Source of the DNA: an uncultured Gemmatimonadales bacterium | GTDB taxonomy: Bacteria; Gemmatimonadota; Gemmatimonadetes; Gemmatimonadales; GWC2-71-9 | DNA: 64,000 nucleotides | NCBI GenBank assembly: GCA_963771275.1 | Contig: CAVYSW010000010.1 | Span: 67,244-131,243 of the forward strand | Direction of reading: 5' to 3' | Shown here: positions 35,226 through 47,700 of the stretch, piece after piece | Numbering within the stretch: position 1 is the stretch's first letter | How the letters are laid out: each line of letters begins with the position of its first letter | The notes under the pieces: model-generated | Told to the model about the DNA's origin: nothing | What the model saw: the letters and a program-made list of their open reading frames with translations, nothing else | Databases searched by the model: none | Translations under genes and position numbers: made by a program

Positions 35226-36100
35226 GGGCGCGCGCTTCGTTTTGGGCGCGGCTGCGCGACACCGCGTGGGCCGTGCTCGCCGTGGTCACGTTCGCCGCGG
35301 CATGGCTGGCGCTCGCGCTGCTCGCCCGCAACGCACAGACGGCGCTGGTCGGGCCGCACGACTGGTGGGCGCGGACGGGTCGCGGGCTGCTCGCGGAAGC
35401 GGTCCCGCCACTGGTCGCGGCGATCGCCATGTACGCGGGCGTCGTGTGGCTCACCTCGTGGGGTCTCGGCCGGCTGCGCGTGCCCCGCGGGCGCGCGGCG
35501 GCGCGCGGGCTGGCGCTGGGCATGGCGTGGGGTGTGGGGCTCGCACTGGCCGTGCTCGGGCTCAGTCTTGCGGGGGGCGCGCGCCTGATGCTGCAGGCCG
35601 GCGCCGGGGAGAGCTACCTCGCCGTGGCGTTCCCGGTGGCGGCCGGCCTCGCCGCCGCGGCGCTGCTGGAAGAGCTGCTGTTTCGCGGGTTCCCGCTGGC
35701 GCGGCTCGCCGCGGCGCTCGGGCCGCGGACCGCGAGCCTGCTGCTCGCGGCCGGGTTCGTGGTGGCGCATCTCGGCAACCCGGCCCTGTCGTGGCTCGGT
35801 CTCGCGAACATCGGGCTCGCGTCCCTGCTGCTGAGCGCGGTGTTTTTCTCCCCGGCGGGGCTGCCCGGCGCGGTCGGCCTGCACTGCGGGTGGAACGCGG
35901 GGCTCGCGCTCGCCGCGGACGCGCCGGTGAGCGGCCTGCGGTTCGGCCTGCCGACCCTGGAGTACGCGCCGGGCGCGCACGGCTGGCTGACGGGCGGCCC
36001 ATTTGGTCCCGAGGGCGGGATCATGGCGACCGCGGTCATGGGGCTGGCACTGTGGTGGTGGGTTCAACGGGTGGAACGCGGCACGGAGGTGACGGCGTGA
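35117..36100 (+). CDS. CPBP-family intramembrane glutamic endopeptidase (CAAX protease-like)
   Basis: It has the [13 protein letters not shown] and FVVAHLGN motifs within a polytopic protein. The start is uncertain: the listed GTG 35117 overlaps bioY by about 100 nt, so the real start may be near 35222. Confidence 0.7.
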   Translation: MAAGLAALSRGGPREADRRGGGDRTAGSAGPARAPLRARASFWARLRDTAWAVLAVVTFAAAWLALALLARNAQTALVGPHDWWARTGRGLLAEAVPPLVAAIAMYAGVVWLTSWGLGRLRVPRGRAAARGLALGMAWGVGLALAVLGLSLAGGARLMLQAGAGESYLAVAFPVAAGLAAAALLEELLFRGFPLARLAAALGPRTASLLLAAGFVVAHLGNPALSWLGLANIGLASLLLSAVFFSPAGLPGAVGLHCGWNAGLALAADAPVSGLRFGLPTLEYAPGAHGWLTGGPFGPEGGIMATAVMGLALWWWVQRVERGTEVTA

Positions 36101-36945
36101 AACGCATAGCGGTGATCGGCGCGGGAACGATGGGCAACGGTATCGCCCACGTCTTCGCACAGCATGGAACGCAGGTGGCCCTGGTGGACGTGGACCAGCG
36201 GCTGCTGGACAAGGCGATGGCGACGATTCGCGGCAACATGGATCGCCAGGTCAAGAAACAGGCGCTCACCGAGGCCGATCGGGACGCGGCCCTCGGGCGC
36301 ATTCAGCCGGCGACCGCGCTGGACGCGGCCGCTCAGGCGGAGCTGGTGATCGAGGCGGCGAGCGAGGCGACGGCCCTCAAGCTGGATCTGTTCCGCCGGC
36401 TGGACGGGATCGCGGCGCCGGGGGTGATCCTCGCCACGAACACGTCGTCCATCTCCATCACCCTGCTCGCCGCCCAGACGAAGCGGCCCGACCGGGTGAT
36501 CGGGATGCACTTCATGAACCCGGTCCCGATGATGCAGCTCGTCGAGGTGATTCGCGGTGTCGCGACGTCCGACGAGACCGCGGGGGTGGTCATGGAGACC
36601 GCCCGCGCGCTGGGGAAGACCCCGGTCGAGGTGCATGACTACCCCGGGTTCGTGGCCAACCGGGTCCTCATGCCGATGATCAACGAGGCCGTGTTCTGCG
36701 TCATGGAGGGCGTGGCGGCGCCCGACGCGGTGGACACGGTGATGAAGCTCGGCATGAACCACCCGCTGGGCCCGCTCGCGCTGGCCGATCTCATCGGCTT
36801 GGACGTGTGCCTGGCGATTCTCGAGGTGCTGCACCGCGGCCTGGGGGACGACAAGTACCGACCGTGCCCGCTGCTCAAGAACATGGTGGCCGCCGGCCGG
36901 CTGGGCCGGAAGAGCGGCCGCGGCTTCTACGATTACGGGAAGTGA
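36097..36945 (+). CDS. hbd: 3-hydroxybutyryl-CoA dehydrogenase
   Basis: The GTG overlaps the previous stop (GTGA). It contains [42 protein letters not shown] and GFVANRVL. Confidence 0.9.
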   Translation: MKRIAVIGAGTMGNGIAHVFAQHGTQVALVDVDQRLLDKAMATIRGNMDRQVKKQALTEADRDAALGRIQPATALDAAAQAELVIEAASEATALKLDLFRRLDGIAAPGVILATNTSSISITLLAAQTKRPDRVIGMHFMNPVPMMQLVEVIRGVATSDETAGVVMETARALGKTPVEVHDYPGFVANRVLMPMINEAVFCVMEGVAAPDAVDTVMKLGMNHPLGPLALADLIGLDVCLAILEVLHRGLGDDKYRPCPLLKNMVAAGRLGRKSGRGFYDYGK

Positions 36946-36952
36946 ACGATTC

Positions 36953-38074
36953 GTGGGGACGAAACGCCGGGTGCCGGTCCGACGGGGTGTGCAGGCGGCT
37001 CAGCCGAGCACGGGAGGCGCGTTCGCGCTGATCGCCGCGCACGGACACGAGCAGGTGAGCCACTGGTATGACCCGACGTCGGGGTACCGCGGCATCATCG
37101 CGATCCACAGCACGGCGCTGGGACCGGCCCTCGGCGGCACCCGATTCTGGAACTACGCGAGCGACGCCGAGGCGTTGGTCGACGTGCTGCGCCTGTCGCG
37201 CGGCATGACGTACAAGGCCGCGGCGGCGGGGCTCGATCTGGGGGGTGGCAAGGCGGTGATGCTGGGCGATCCGTCCACCCGCGATCGTGAGGCGATCTTC
37301 CGGGCGCACGGGCGGCATGTGGAGTCGCTGGGCGGGCGCTACCTCACCGCCGAGGACGTCGGCACCAGCCCCGCCGACATGGCGTACGTCGTGCAGGAAA
37401 CCCGACACGTCACCGGTCTCCCGGGCCGGTCGGGCGACCCGTCGCCGCTCACCGCCTTCGGCGTGTTCCGGGCGATGCAGGCCGGCGCCAGGTTCGTGTG
37501 GGGCCGTGACGGGCTCGCCGGCAGGACGGTGGCGGTGCAGGGGGTGGGCCACGTCGGCTACGAGCTGTGCGAGCTGCTGCAGCGCGACGGCGCGAAGCTC
37601 GTCGTGAGCGACCGGGACGCGGAACGCGTGAAGCGGGCGGTGGCGGCCTTCGGGGCCAAGGCGGTCGCGGCGGATGCGATCTACGCGGTGCCGGCGGACG
37701 TGTTCGCGCCGTGCGCGCTCGGCGCCGTGATCGACGACGCCACGCTCGACGTGCTGCGCGTGGCGCTGGTCTGTGGCGCGGCCAACAACGTGCTCGCCGA
37801 CGAGCGGCACGGCGAGCTGCTCGAGCGGCGCGGCATCGTGTACGTGCCCGACTACGTGGCCAACGCCGGGGGCATCATCAGCATCTATCAGGAGGTCGCC
37901 GGCTGGACCGCCGAGCGGTCGCGCGCCAAGGCCTCCGACATCTACGATACCGTCCTGCGCGTGCTCCAGATCGCGCGCGACGAGCATATTCCTTCTTACA
38001 GGGCCGCGGACCGGCTGGCGCAGCAGCGGCTGGCCGCGGCGGAGAAGGCCAAGGGCCTTCCGCACCGGGCTTGA
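36953..38074 (+). CDS. Leu/Phe/Val (leucine-type) amino acid dehydrogenase
   Basis: It contains [35 protein letters not shown], and GVGHVG for the Rossmann fold. The start may be 30-60 nt downstream of the listed one. Confidence 0.85.
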   Translation: MGTKRRVPVRRGVQAAQPSTGGAFALIAAHGHEQVSHWYDPTSGYRGIIAIHSTALGPALGGTRFWNYASDAEALVDVLRLSRGMTYKAAAAGLDLGGGKAVMLGDPSTRDREAIFRAHGRHVESLGGRYLTAEDVGTSPADMAYVVQETRHVTGLPGRSGDPSPLTAFGVFRAMQAGARFVWGRDGLAGRTVAVQGVGHVGYELCELLQRDGAKLVVSDRDAERVKRAVAAFGAKAVAADAIYAVPADVFAPCALGAVIDDATLDVLRVALVCGAANNVLADERHGELLERRGIVYVPDYVANAGGIISIYQEVAGWTAERSRAKASDIYDTVLRVLQIARDEHIPSYRAADRLAQQRLAAAEKAKGLPHRA

Positions 38075-38078
38075 GACT

Positions 38079-39344
38079 ATGATGACGCATCAGATGCCGC
38101 TGCAACAGGCGGACCCGCAGGTCCACGCGCTGATCCGCCGTGAGGTCCAGCGGCAGGAGGAAGGGCTGGAGCTGATCGCCAGCGAGAACTTCGCGTCCAG
38201 CGCGGTGCTGGAGGCGATGGGCAGCGCGCTGACCAACAAGTACGCCGAGGGCTACCCGGGCAGGCGGTATTACGGCGGCTGCGAGATCGTGGATCAGATC
38301 GAGCAGCTGGCCATTGAGCGGGCGTGCAAGCTGTTCGCGGCCGAGCACGCGAACGTGCAGCCGCACAGCGGGGCGCAGGCCAACCTCGCGGCGTACTTCG
38401 CCATCCTCAAGCCCGGCGACAAGATCATGGGGATGGCGCTGACGCACGGCGGACACCTGACGCACGGCTCGCCGGTCAACCTGAGCGGCCAGCTATTCGC
38501 CGTGTCGCAGTACGGGGTCGACGAGACGACGGGCCTGCTGGACATGGACCGCGTGCGCGAGGCGGCGCGGGCGTTCCGGCCCAAGCTGATCATCGCGGGC
38601 GCGAGCGCCTATCCCCGGGTGATCGACTTCGCGGCGTTCGCCGCCGTCTGCCGGGAAGTGGAGGCGGTGCTGCTGGTCGACATGGCGCACTACGCGGGCC
38701 TGATCGCGGCCGGCGTGTACCCGTCGCCGGTACCGCACGCCGAGATCGTGACGAGCACGACCCACAAGACGCTGCGCGGCCCGCGCGGTGGGTTCACGCT
38801 CTGCAAGCAGCCGTTCGCCAAAGCGATCGACAAGGAGGTGTTCCCCGGCACGCAGGGCGGCCCGCTCGAGCACGTGATCGCCGCCAAGGCCGTGGCGTTC
38901 GGCGAGGCGCTGCGCCCCGCGTTCAAGGAGTACGCGGCGCAGGTCGTGCGGAACGCGCGCGCGCTGGGGGAGGCCTTGGTCGAGCGCGGCTTCACGCTCG
39001 TCTCCGGCGGCACGGACTGCCACCTGCTGCTGGTCGACCTGCGCGCCAAGGGGCTCACCGGCAAGGCCGCCCAGCATGTGCTCGATTCCGTGGGCCTCCA
39101 CGTCAACAAGAACACCATCCCCGGGGATCCCGAGTCGCCGTTCGTGACGAGCGGCATCCGCATCGGCTCCGCCGCGCTCACCACCCGCGGCATGGGCGAA
39201 GCGGAGATGCGGCGGGTCGCCGAGCTGCTTGACACGGCGCTCGCGGCGGGGGGCAACGAGGCGGCGCTCCGGCAGGTGCACCGGGGCGTCAGGGAGCTGG
39301 CGGCCGCCTTCCCGCTTGCCGGGGTTCCGGTGGCGGTCGCGTAG
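38079..39344 (+). CDS. glyA: serine hydroxymethyltransferase
   Basis: This is internal ATG 38079 of ORF 37773..39344. It contains [31 protein letters not shown] and [14 protein letters not shown] (the PLP lysine). Confidence 0.95.
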   Translation: MMTHQMPLQQADPQVHALIRREVQRQEEGLELIASENFASSAVLEAMGSALTNKYAEGYPGRRYYGGCEIVDQIEQLAIERACKLFAAEHANVQPHSGAQANLAAYFAILKPGDKIMGMALTHGGHLTHGSPVNLSGQLFAVSQYGVDETTGLLDMDRVREAARAFRPKLIIAGASAYPRVIDFAAFAAVCREVEAVLLVDMAHYAGLIAAGVYPSPVPHAEIVTSTTHKTLRGPRGGFTLCKQPFAKAIDKEVFPGTQGGPLEHVIAAKAVAFGEALRPAFKEYAAQVVRNARALGEALVERGFTLVSGGTDCHLLLVDLRAKGLTGKAAQHVLDSVGLHVNKNTIPGDPESPFVTSGIRIGSAALTTRGMGEAEMRRVAELLDTALAAGGNEAALRQVHRGVRELAAAFPLAGVPVAVA

Positions 39345-39386
39345 CCCGCTCTTGCTCGGCGTCCCGGACTGTCCCACCTTACTACC

Positions 39387-39785
39387 GTGAGCGACCTCGG
39401 GCTGGTTGAGAATCTCCTCGAGCGCCTGGCCGGCGGGGAGCAGCGGTATCACCCGCAGGCGTATGCGTTCGTGCTCGCGGCCCTGGAGTTCTGCCAGGTG
39501 CGGCGGCCGGCGCGCGGCCACCTCGGCGGCGACGAGCTCGCGTGGGGCTGCCGCGATTTCGCCCAGGCCCAGTTCGGGCTCACCGCCCGCACCGTGCTGT
39601 CCCACTGGGGCGTCCACACCACCAGCGACATCGGCCGGATCGTCTACCAGTTGATCGACGCCGGCCTGCTGATCAGCCAGCCGCAGGATCGCCTGGAGGA
39701 CTTCGAGAACGTGTTCGACTTTGCCGAGGCCTTCGAGCGGGCCTATCCGTGGGCGGGCGTTCGGCGGGGCGGCGCGGGCGGCTAG
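39387..39785 (+). CDS. Minf_1886-family conserved hypothetical protein
   Basis: 132 aa. YHPQAYAFVLAALEF…GHLGGDELAWGCRDFAQAQFG…VLSHWGVHTTSDIGRIVYQLIDAGLL matches that family's pattern. Confidence 0.65.
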   Translation: MSDLGLVENLLERLAGGEQRYHPQAYAFVLAALEFCQVRRPARGHLGGDELAWGCRDFAQAQFGLTARTVLSHWGVHTTSDIGRIVYQLIDAGLLISQPQDRLEDFENVFDFAEAFERAYPWAGVRRGGAGG

Positions 39786-39805
39786 GCGCGCGAAGGGGGG
39801 GCAGC

Positions 39806-40000
39806 ATGGAAGCGAAGGATTGGCCGGCGTGCCAGAAGTGTGAGCGTGGGGTGCTGGTGCCCCTGTCCGACTACGGGCGCGACGGCGCGCCGATCACCTA
39901 CAAGGCGTGGGTGTGCACGAGCCCCGACTGCGGCTTCAACCTGCGGATCGACAACGGCGAGATCTCCATCGGGCGCGCCATCGGGCAGAGCTTCAAGTAG
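39806..40000 (+). CDS. small zinc-ribbon protein (hypothetical)
   Basis: 64 aa with two CxxC-like pairs (CQKCERG … CTSPDCG). It is preceded by GGGGGG/AGC and has coding-like GC3. Confidence 0.45.
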   Translation: MEAKDWPACQKCERGVLVPLSDYGRDGAPITYKAWVCTSPDCGFNLRIDNGEISIGRAIGQSFK

Positions 40001-40057
40001 CCCGGCGTCTCGCCTTTTCTCCGGAGTCCCTGCGGTGCGGCGCTGCCCGCCGCCCGG

Positions 40058-41614
40058 ATGGAGTCCCCGGTGACTGACCTGCCCGTGATTCCCGTCATCA
40101 CGGCCGCCGAGGCGGCCGCCTGGGATGCGCGCGCGCGCACGGCGCACGCGATCCCGTCGCGCGTCCTGATGGAATCGGCCGGCCGGGCCGCGGCGCTCGT
40201 CATCGCCCGCGAGTTCGCGCCGGTGCTGGGACGCGGCGTTCTGGTGGCGGCGGGCCCCGGCAACAACGGCGGCGATGGCTGGGTCGTGGCCCGCGCGCTG
40301 CGCGCGGTGGGCGTCCGCGTGTGGGCCACCGAGCTGGCCCGCGGGCGTTCGGCCGACTGCGAGGCGAGCCGCGCGCTGGCGCTCCCGGCGGGCGTCGAGC
40401 TGCTCGATCTCGGCGCGCCCTGGCCACCGGTGGGCGTGGTGGTGGACGCCCTGCTCGGCACGGGCGCGAGCGAGGCCCCGCAGGGGCCGATCGCCGAGCT
40501 GGCGCGCCGGGTGGCCGACCACGGTCCCCCGGTCGCCGCGATCGACGGCCCGACCGGCGTCGACCTGTCGAGCGGCACGGCGCACGGGCCGGTGCGCGCG
40601 CAGCTCACCGTCACGTTCGGCGGCCTGCGACGCGGACACCTGCTGGCGCGCGACTGGGTCGGCCGCGTCGTCGTGGTGGACATCGGCTTCCCGGCGCCGG
40701 ACGGCACCTGGCCCGTGCTCGTCACCGACGCCTGGGCCCAGAGCGCTTTGCCCCCGTTCGCCCCCACGATGCACAAGGGCGACCGCGGCCGCGTGCTGGT
40801 GATCGGCGGCGACGTGGGCATGGCGGGGGCGGCGATGCACGTCGCCCGCGCGGCGTTTGCCTGCGGGGCCGGGCTCGTGAAGCTCGCCCTGCCGGAGCCC
40901 TCGATCCGCGCGGCGCAGGCCAACTTCCCCGACGCGCTCACCGTGGCCACCGCGCTCGGCCCCGCCGTCGAGCCGCCGCTCGCGGAGGCGGTGACCTGGG
41001 CGGACACGATCGTGGTGGGGCCGGGTCTGGGGCGCGGCGCGGCGCGCGAGGCGTTCGCCCGCGCCGTGGTGGAGCGGGCCGCGGCGCCGTTGGTGATCGA
41101 CGCCGACGCCCTGCATGTCCCCGGGCTCGCCACCCTGGGGCAGGCGCCGCGCGTGCTGACGCCCCATCCCGGCGAGTTCGCGGCGCAGTTCCCCGCGATC
41201 GCCGACCTGGCGCGCGGCGATCGCTTCGCCGCCCCGTCCGCCGCTCTGGCGCTCTGCCGCTCTGCCGCCGTCCTGTTGAAGGGCGTCCCCACGGTGATCG
41301 CCGGGGCCGGGGCCGCCGGCGTGCGCGTCGTCGCGGCCGGCAACCCCGCCCTCGCGACCGGGGGGAGCGGCGACCTGCTCGCGGGGACGATCGCCGCGTG
41401 GCTCGCGCGCGGCCTCACGCCGTTCGACGCGGCGGCGCTCGGCGCCCACGTGATGGGTCGCGCCGCCGAGCGCGCCGCGACCACCCGGGGCGTGCGCGCC
41501 ACCCGCCCGGAAGACGTGGCCGAGGCCTACGCCGGCCTGTGGGAGGCGTGGACCGAGCCTCCCGTGTTCGCGCCGCCGGTCCTCGTCACGCTCGACCCGC
41601 CCGCCGTCGTGTGA
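40058..41614 (+). CDS. nnr: bifunctional NAD(P)H-hydrate epimerase / ADP-dependent dehydratase
   Basis: 518 aa. The YjeF-N part (GPGNNGGDGWVVAR) is followed by a carbohydrate-kinase part (HKGDRGRVLVIGG…GSGDLLAG). Confidence 0.9.
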   Translation: MESPVTDLPVIPVITAAEAAAWDARARTAHAIPSRVLMESAGRAAALVIAREFAPVLGRGVLVAAGPGNNGGDGWVVARALRAVGVRVWATELARGRSADCEASRALALPAGVELLDLGAPWPPVGVVVDALLGTGASEAPQGPIAELARRVADHGPPVAAIDGPTGVDLSSGTAHGPVRAQLTVTFGGLRRGHLLARDWVGRVVVVDIGFPAPDGTWPVLVTDAWAQSALPPFAPTMHKGDRGRVLVIGGDVGMAGAAMHVARAAFACGAGLVKLALPEPSIRAAQANFPDALTVATALGPAVEPPLAEAVTWADTIVVGPGLGRGAAREAFARAVVERAAAPLVIDADALHVPGLATLGQAPRVLTPHPGEFAAQFPAIADLARGDRFAAPSAALALCRSAAVLLKGVPTVIAGAGAAGVRVVAAGNPALATGGSGDLLAGTIAAWLARGLTPFDAAALGAHVMGRAAERAATTRGVRATRPEDVAEAYAGLWEAWTEPPVFAPPVLVTLDPPAVV

Positions 41615-43176
41615 AGCGGTTTCCGGCGCTCGGGCTCGCCGCCCTCAGCGTGGCGGCGCCGGCGGCCGCGCAGACGCGCCTCTGGAGCCCCGGCGATCGC
41701 GTCGTCATCTCCGACTACAGCGTCGTGCGCGCGATCGCCGCCTCCGACACGTGGGTGTACGTCGCGACGCCCAACGGGCTCGGCCTGTACGACCGCCGGT
41801 TTCGCCGCTGGGATCCCCCGGTCACCTGGGCGGACGGCTACCCGCGGGAGCCGGTGCTGACCGCGCTCGCCGACCCGGCCGAAGACGCCGTCTGGCTCGG
41901 CACCGTGACCGGCGTGGTGCGCTACCTGCCGCAGATCCGCCGGTTCGACGCGGTCACGATCCCGGGCGGCGTGCGCGACCTGATGTACGACCGCGGCGAT
42001 CCGTTCCCCGGGATCTACCTGCTGACGTCGAGCGGCTGGGAATTCCTGGCGCGCGGCAGCTTCATCGCGGCGCCGGCGCCGCTGCCGCCCCCCGGCCGCC
42101 GCGTGAGCCCGCCCCAGGTCGAGGACGTGATGCGCCGCGCCCCGATCATCGATGCGCTGCAGGGTGCCGTGCTGCTCGACGAGCGGCTCCGCTCGTTCCA
42201 CTACACCTGCGCCGCCATCGCGTCCGACGCCGAGATGTACTACCTCGGCACGGACGGGATGGGGGTGATCCAGGTGGATCCGCTGGTCGCCCGGTTCGAT
42301 GCGCTGCCGTTCGGCATGCTCGGCGTAGGCGCGGGCGCGGTGCTCCCGGTCCCGGGCGGCGTGTGGGTGGGCACCGACGAGCGCGGGCCCCGCAGCGGGC
42401 TCACGTTCGTGGATGACGACCTGCAGGACTACCGCGTCGAGGAAGGCCCGCGCGGCACCGGGTTCGGGAGCCCGGCCGTGCACGCCCTCATGGCGCGGGA
42501 CCGCACGATCTGGGCGGCGACCGATGCCGGCGTGGTCCGTGTCGATCAGGGTGGCAGCACGCTCCGGATCGGGACCGTGGACGGCCTGCCGGGCGAGGCG
42601 GTCTACGCGCTCGCGCAGGGACCATCCGGCGTGTGGTTCGGCACCGCGCGCGGGCTGGGGTTTCTGGCGCGCGACGCCGACAAGGTGCGCGCCCTCGACG
42701 GCCCCGGCGTGCCGGTGCTCGCCCTCTCGGCCGCGCGCGACACGGTGTGGATCGGCTACGCCACCGGGCTCGGCCTCGCCGCGGCCGGCGGCGACGTGTT
42801 CATCGCACCGGGGGCCGACTCCGTGCCCGAGCTCCTGACGGCGATCGTCGCCGTCACGCGGGTGGCCGACACCGTCGTCGCCGCGACCGTGGATCGCGTC
42901 CTCTGGCGGGCGGGCATGGGCCCGTGGCTGGTCGAGCGCTCGCTCGCGACCGATGTCGGGGTGATCGCGGCGCTCGCGGCGGATTCCGGCGGTGTGTGGA
43001 TCGGGGGCAGCGGCGGGCTGGCGCGCTACGGCTTCGCGACCCGCGCCGTCACGGTGCTGCGCGCCCCCGGCGACGTGCCCGGCGCCGTGCGCGGCATCGC
43101 CGTGAGCCGGCGCTACATCTGGGCCGCGACGGACGCGGGGTTGGTGCGGTTCCGGCGGGAGGCGGTGGAGCCGTGA
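41611..43176 (+). CDS. secreted beta-propeller protein (two-component-regulator-propeller-like repeats)
   Basis: The GTG overlaps the nnr stop. It has a signal peptide (VKRFPALGLAALSVAAPAAAQ) and repeated W[VI]GT..GL motifs. Confidence 0.6.
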   Translation: MKRFPALGLAALSVAAPAAAQTRLWSPGDRVVISDYSVVRAIAASDTWVYVATPNGLGLYDRRFRRWDPPVTWADGYPREPVLTALADPAEDAVWLGTVTGVVRYLPQIRRFDAVTIPGGVRDLMYDRGDPFPGIYLLTSSGWEFLARGSFIAAPAPLPPPGRRVSPPQVEDVMRRAPIIDALQGAVLLDERLRSFHYTCAAIASDAEMYYLGTDGMGVIQVDPLVARFDALPFGMLGVGAGAVLPVPGGVWVGTDERGPRSGLTFVDDDLQDYRVEEGPRGTGFGSPAVHALMARDRTIWAATDAGVVRVDQGGSTLRIGTVDGLPGEAVYALAQGPSGVWFGTARGLGFLARDADKVRALDGPGVPVLALSAARDTVWIGYATGLGLAAAGGDVFIAPGADSVPELLTAIVAVTRVADTVVAATVDRVLWRAGMGPWLVERSLATDVGVIAALAADSGGVWIGGSGGLARYGFATRAVTVLRAPGDVPGAVRGIAVSRRYIWAATDAGLVRFRREAVEP

Positions 43177-44129
43177 CGCCGCATCCGCCGCGTCCCACGC
43201 CGACGCTCGGCCCGGGCGGCGAGTTCGATCGGATCCGCGCGATCTGGCAGCGCCTTGGCCAGCACGCGGCGGAGGTCGGTGACGACGCGGCGATCGTCCA
43301 CGTGGGCGCCGAGCAGCTGGCGCTGTCGTGCGACATGGCCGTCGAGGGGCGCCACTTCCGGCTCGACTGGCTGCACCCGGCCGAGCTCGGCTGGCGGATC
43401 GGCGCGTCGGCCATCTCCGATCTCGCGGCGGTTGCCGCCGAGCCAATCGGCATGCTGGTGAGCGTCGGCGTGCCCGAGCGGCTCGCGGTCGAGTTCCTGC
43501 CCGAGCTGATGGCGGGCGTGGGCCGGAGCGCGGCGCACACGGGCGCGGTCGTGTGGGGTGGCGACCTCGTGCAGAGCGACGCGGTCGTGGTGGACGTCAT
43601 GGTCGCCGGCCGCGTCGCGCGACCGGTGCTGCGGAGCGGCGCGCGGGCCGGCGACGCGCTCTGGGTCACCGGCCGCCTCGGCGGACCGCACGAAGCCGTG
43701 GCCGCATGGCTCGCGGGACGGGAGCCGCACGCCGAGGCCCGCGCGCGCTATGCGAAGCCCGTGCCGCGGGTGCACGAGGCGCTGTGGCTCCGCGACCACG
43801 GCGCCACGGCGCTGATCGACGTGAGCGACGGGCTCACGGGCGACGCGGGCCACCTCGCGGCGGCCTCGGGCGTGGCCCTCGCGATCGCCGCCGACCTGGT
43901 GCCGTGCCTCCCCGGCGTGGAGCGCTGGGAATCGGCGCTCGTCGGTGGCGAGGAGTACGAGCTGCTCGCCACGATGCCGGCATCGTTCGGCGACGCGGAC
44001 GCGCGCGCCTTCAGCGCGCAGTTCGCGCTGCCGCTGACCCGGATCGGCGCCGCCACGGCGGGGCAGGGAGTCCACGTGACCCGCGGAGGACGATCCGTCG
44101 AGCTGCCGGATGCCTTCTCGCACTTCTAG
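43173..44129 (+). CDS. thiL: thiamine-monophosphate kinase
   Basis: The GTG overlaps the previous stop. It contains GEFDRIRAI, GDDAAIV, SCDMAVEGRHF, ISDLAAVAAEP and the AIR-synthase-like fold pattern. Confidence 0.85.
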   Translation: MTPHPPRPTPTLGPGGEFDRIRAIWQRLGQHAAEVGDDAAIVHVGAEQLALSCDMAVEGRHFRLDWLHPAELGWRIGASAISDLAAVAAEPIGMLVSVGVPERLAVEFLPELMAGVGRSAAHTGAVVWGGDLVQSDAVVVDVMVAGRVARPVLRSGARAGDALWVTGRLGGPHEAVAAWLAGREPHAEARARYAKPVPRVHEALWLRDHGATALIDVSDGLTGDAGHLAAASGVALAIAADLVPCLPGVERWESALVGGEEYELLATMPASFGDADARAFSAQFALPLTRIGAATAGQGVHVTRGGRSVELPDAFSHF

Positions 44130-44162
44130 ACCCCTCACCCTGCCCTCTCCCCCTCTGCCCCC

Positions 44163-46511
<2,349 letters not shown>

Positions 46512-46529
46512 GCCTCCGGGGGGGTGGGA

Positions 46530-46564
46530 GTAGAATGCAGATTGAAGATTGCAGAACGAGAACG
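46530..46564. repeat. short AT-richer heptanucleotide array directly upstream of tRNA-Met
   Basis: gtagaat gcagatt gaagatt gcagaac gagaacg is five phased 7-mers ending 1 nt before the tRNA 5' end. Confidence 0.45.
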
Positions 46565-46565
46565 A

Positions 46566-46639
46566 GGCGGAGTAGCTCAGCTGGTTAGAGCAGCGGAATC
46601 ATAATCCGCGTGTCGGGGGTTCGAATCCCTCCTCCGCTA
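46566..46639 (+). tRNA. tRNA-Met (anticodon CAU; elongator Met or lysidine-modified Ile2 cannot be distinguished by eye)
   Basis: GGCGGAG-TA-GCTC AGCTGGTTA GAGC-A-GCGGA ATCATAA TCCGC-GTGTC-GGGGG TTCGAAT CCCTC-CTCCGCT-A. It folds as a cloverleaf with a G1-U72 wobble, and CCA is not encoded. Confidence 0.9.
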
Positions 46640-46661
46640 TTGGAAGTGAACGAGGCACTTT

Positions 46662-46699
46662 AGCCCGCCCGGTCCTACGCCGGGCGGGCTCTTCTTCTG
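46662..46699 (+). terminator. rho-independent-type terminator after tRNA-Met
   Basis: There is a perfect 11-bp stem, AGCCCGCCCGG-tcctacg-CCGGGCGGGCT, followed by CTTCTTCTG. Confidence 0.7.
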
Positions 46700-46936
46700 C
46701 CTGATCCATGGTGAAATCCGTTGGTCGCAGATATCCAAGCGGCTCGCTCCCACTGTAGCGCGAGCTCCACGCCTTGCGTCGGGTGAGACCGGCTGCATCT
46801 TAGGAACCCATGCGGGCCGCTCCGCGGCCCGAGTGTCCGAAGGACGCCTCCCCCCAGCCAGACGCCCCTCTTGCGAACGGCATGCGCCGCCAGCGCCGCC
46901 GTCTGTGCCGAACGTCAGCATAAGGAGAAACACGCG

Positions 46937-47335
46937 ATGACCCACAAACTGAATATGCTCGCGGCCACTGCTGGGCTGCTACTGCTGATAGGCTGCAGCG
47001 ACGAGCCCACTGCGCCCCATCCCTGGGCGGGGACCTACGCCACCGCCACCAAGTTTGGCGGGGTAGGCGGCACCTGGAGTGCCTTCGGTGACCTTGTCCT
47101 CGCATCCAGCACCGACCTTCAGTTGTACGGAGTGCAGATCGTCAATCCAACGTGGCAGGCCGACACGCTGTCCTGGACGATGGCCGACGGAAACGCGGGC
47201 AACGCGAAGATCGCCTTCAAGACGTCCAGCTCGGACACTTATTATTGGGACGCCGCCGTGCAGGGGAAGCTGTTCGAAGGCGCCTACCAGAAGCCGGGAG
47301 AGGGTTGGGTCGACTTTCGGGGCGTCGTTGAGTAG
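46937..47335 (+). CDS. small lipoprotein (hypothetical), lower-GC islet gene
   Basis: It has AAGGAG 9 nt upstream of ATG 46937 and a lipobox (MTHKLNMLAATAGLLLLIGC). The 132 aa gene has visibly lower GC3 than its neighbours. Confidence 0.65.
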   Translation: MTHKLNMLAATAGLLLLIGCSDEPTAPHPWAGTYATATKFGGVGGTWSAFGDLVLASSTDLQLYGVQIVNPTWQADTLSWTMADGNAGNAKIAFKTSSSDTYYWDAAVQGKLFEGAYQKPGEGWVDFRGVVE

Positions 47336-47376
47336 CCAAGCGAGCCCCACTCCATTCTGCGGCCATTGCTGGCGTC

Positions 47377-47401
47377 ACCGCCCGGCCCCGCGCCGGGCGG
47401 T
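47377..47401 (+). terminator. GC hairpin after the lipoprotein gene (candidate terminator)
   Basis: ACCGCCCGGC-cccgc-GCCGGGCGGT forms a 10-bp perfect stem with no strong U-tract. Confidence 0.4.
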
Positions 47402-47535
47402 TCGCTACCTAGCCAAACGACGGCCACCAACGTCCTCGAGGTTAGGACTCGTCCACATCACCGTTGGACGGCCAGCGCTCGGGGGGAAGCCACCGGCGCG
47501 CCGATCAGGACGGACGTTCTTGACGTCGGGCACGG

Positions 47536-47578
47536 ACCGCGGGATCATATCGACGTCTCAGGGGTTCGAATCTCTCGA
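47536..47578 (+). pseudogene. degenerate partial copy of tRNA-Met (anticodon arm to T arm)
   Basis: GCGGGATCATA-TCGACGTCTCAGGGGTTCGAATCTCTC aligns with GCGGAATCATAATCCGCGTGTCGGGGGTTCGAATCCCTC of the tRNA at 46566. There is no acceptor stem and the T stem does not pair. Confidence 0.5.
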
Positions 47579-47700
47579 TTGAGATCGCGCACTCCCAACG
47601 GGCGAGTGCCTGTCGGGAGCGCCGAGTTCACGGGCGCCAGCACGCCCGGGGCACGGCTTTCCGTCCGCGTAGCAGTCACCACAGATACGAGGAATCCGCC

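Noticed and set aside
47536-47578. Functional second tRNA downstream of tRNA-Met
   Set aside because: There is no acceptor stem or D arm, and the T-stem halves (AGGGG/CTCTC) do not pair. It was kept only as a degenerate fragment.
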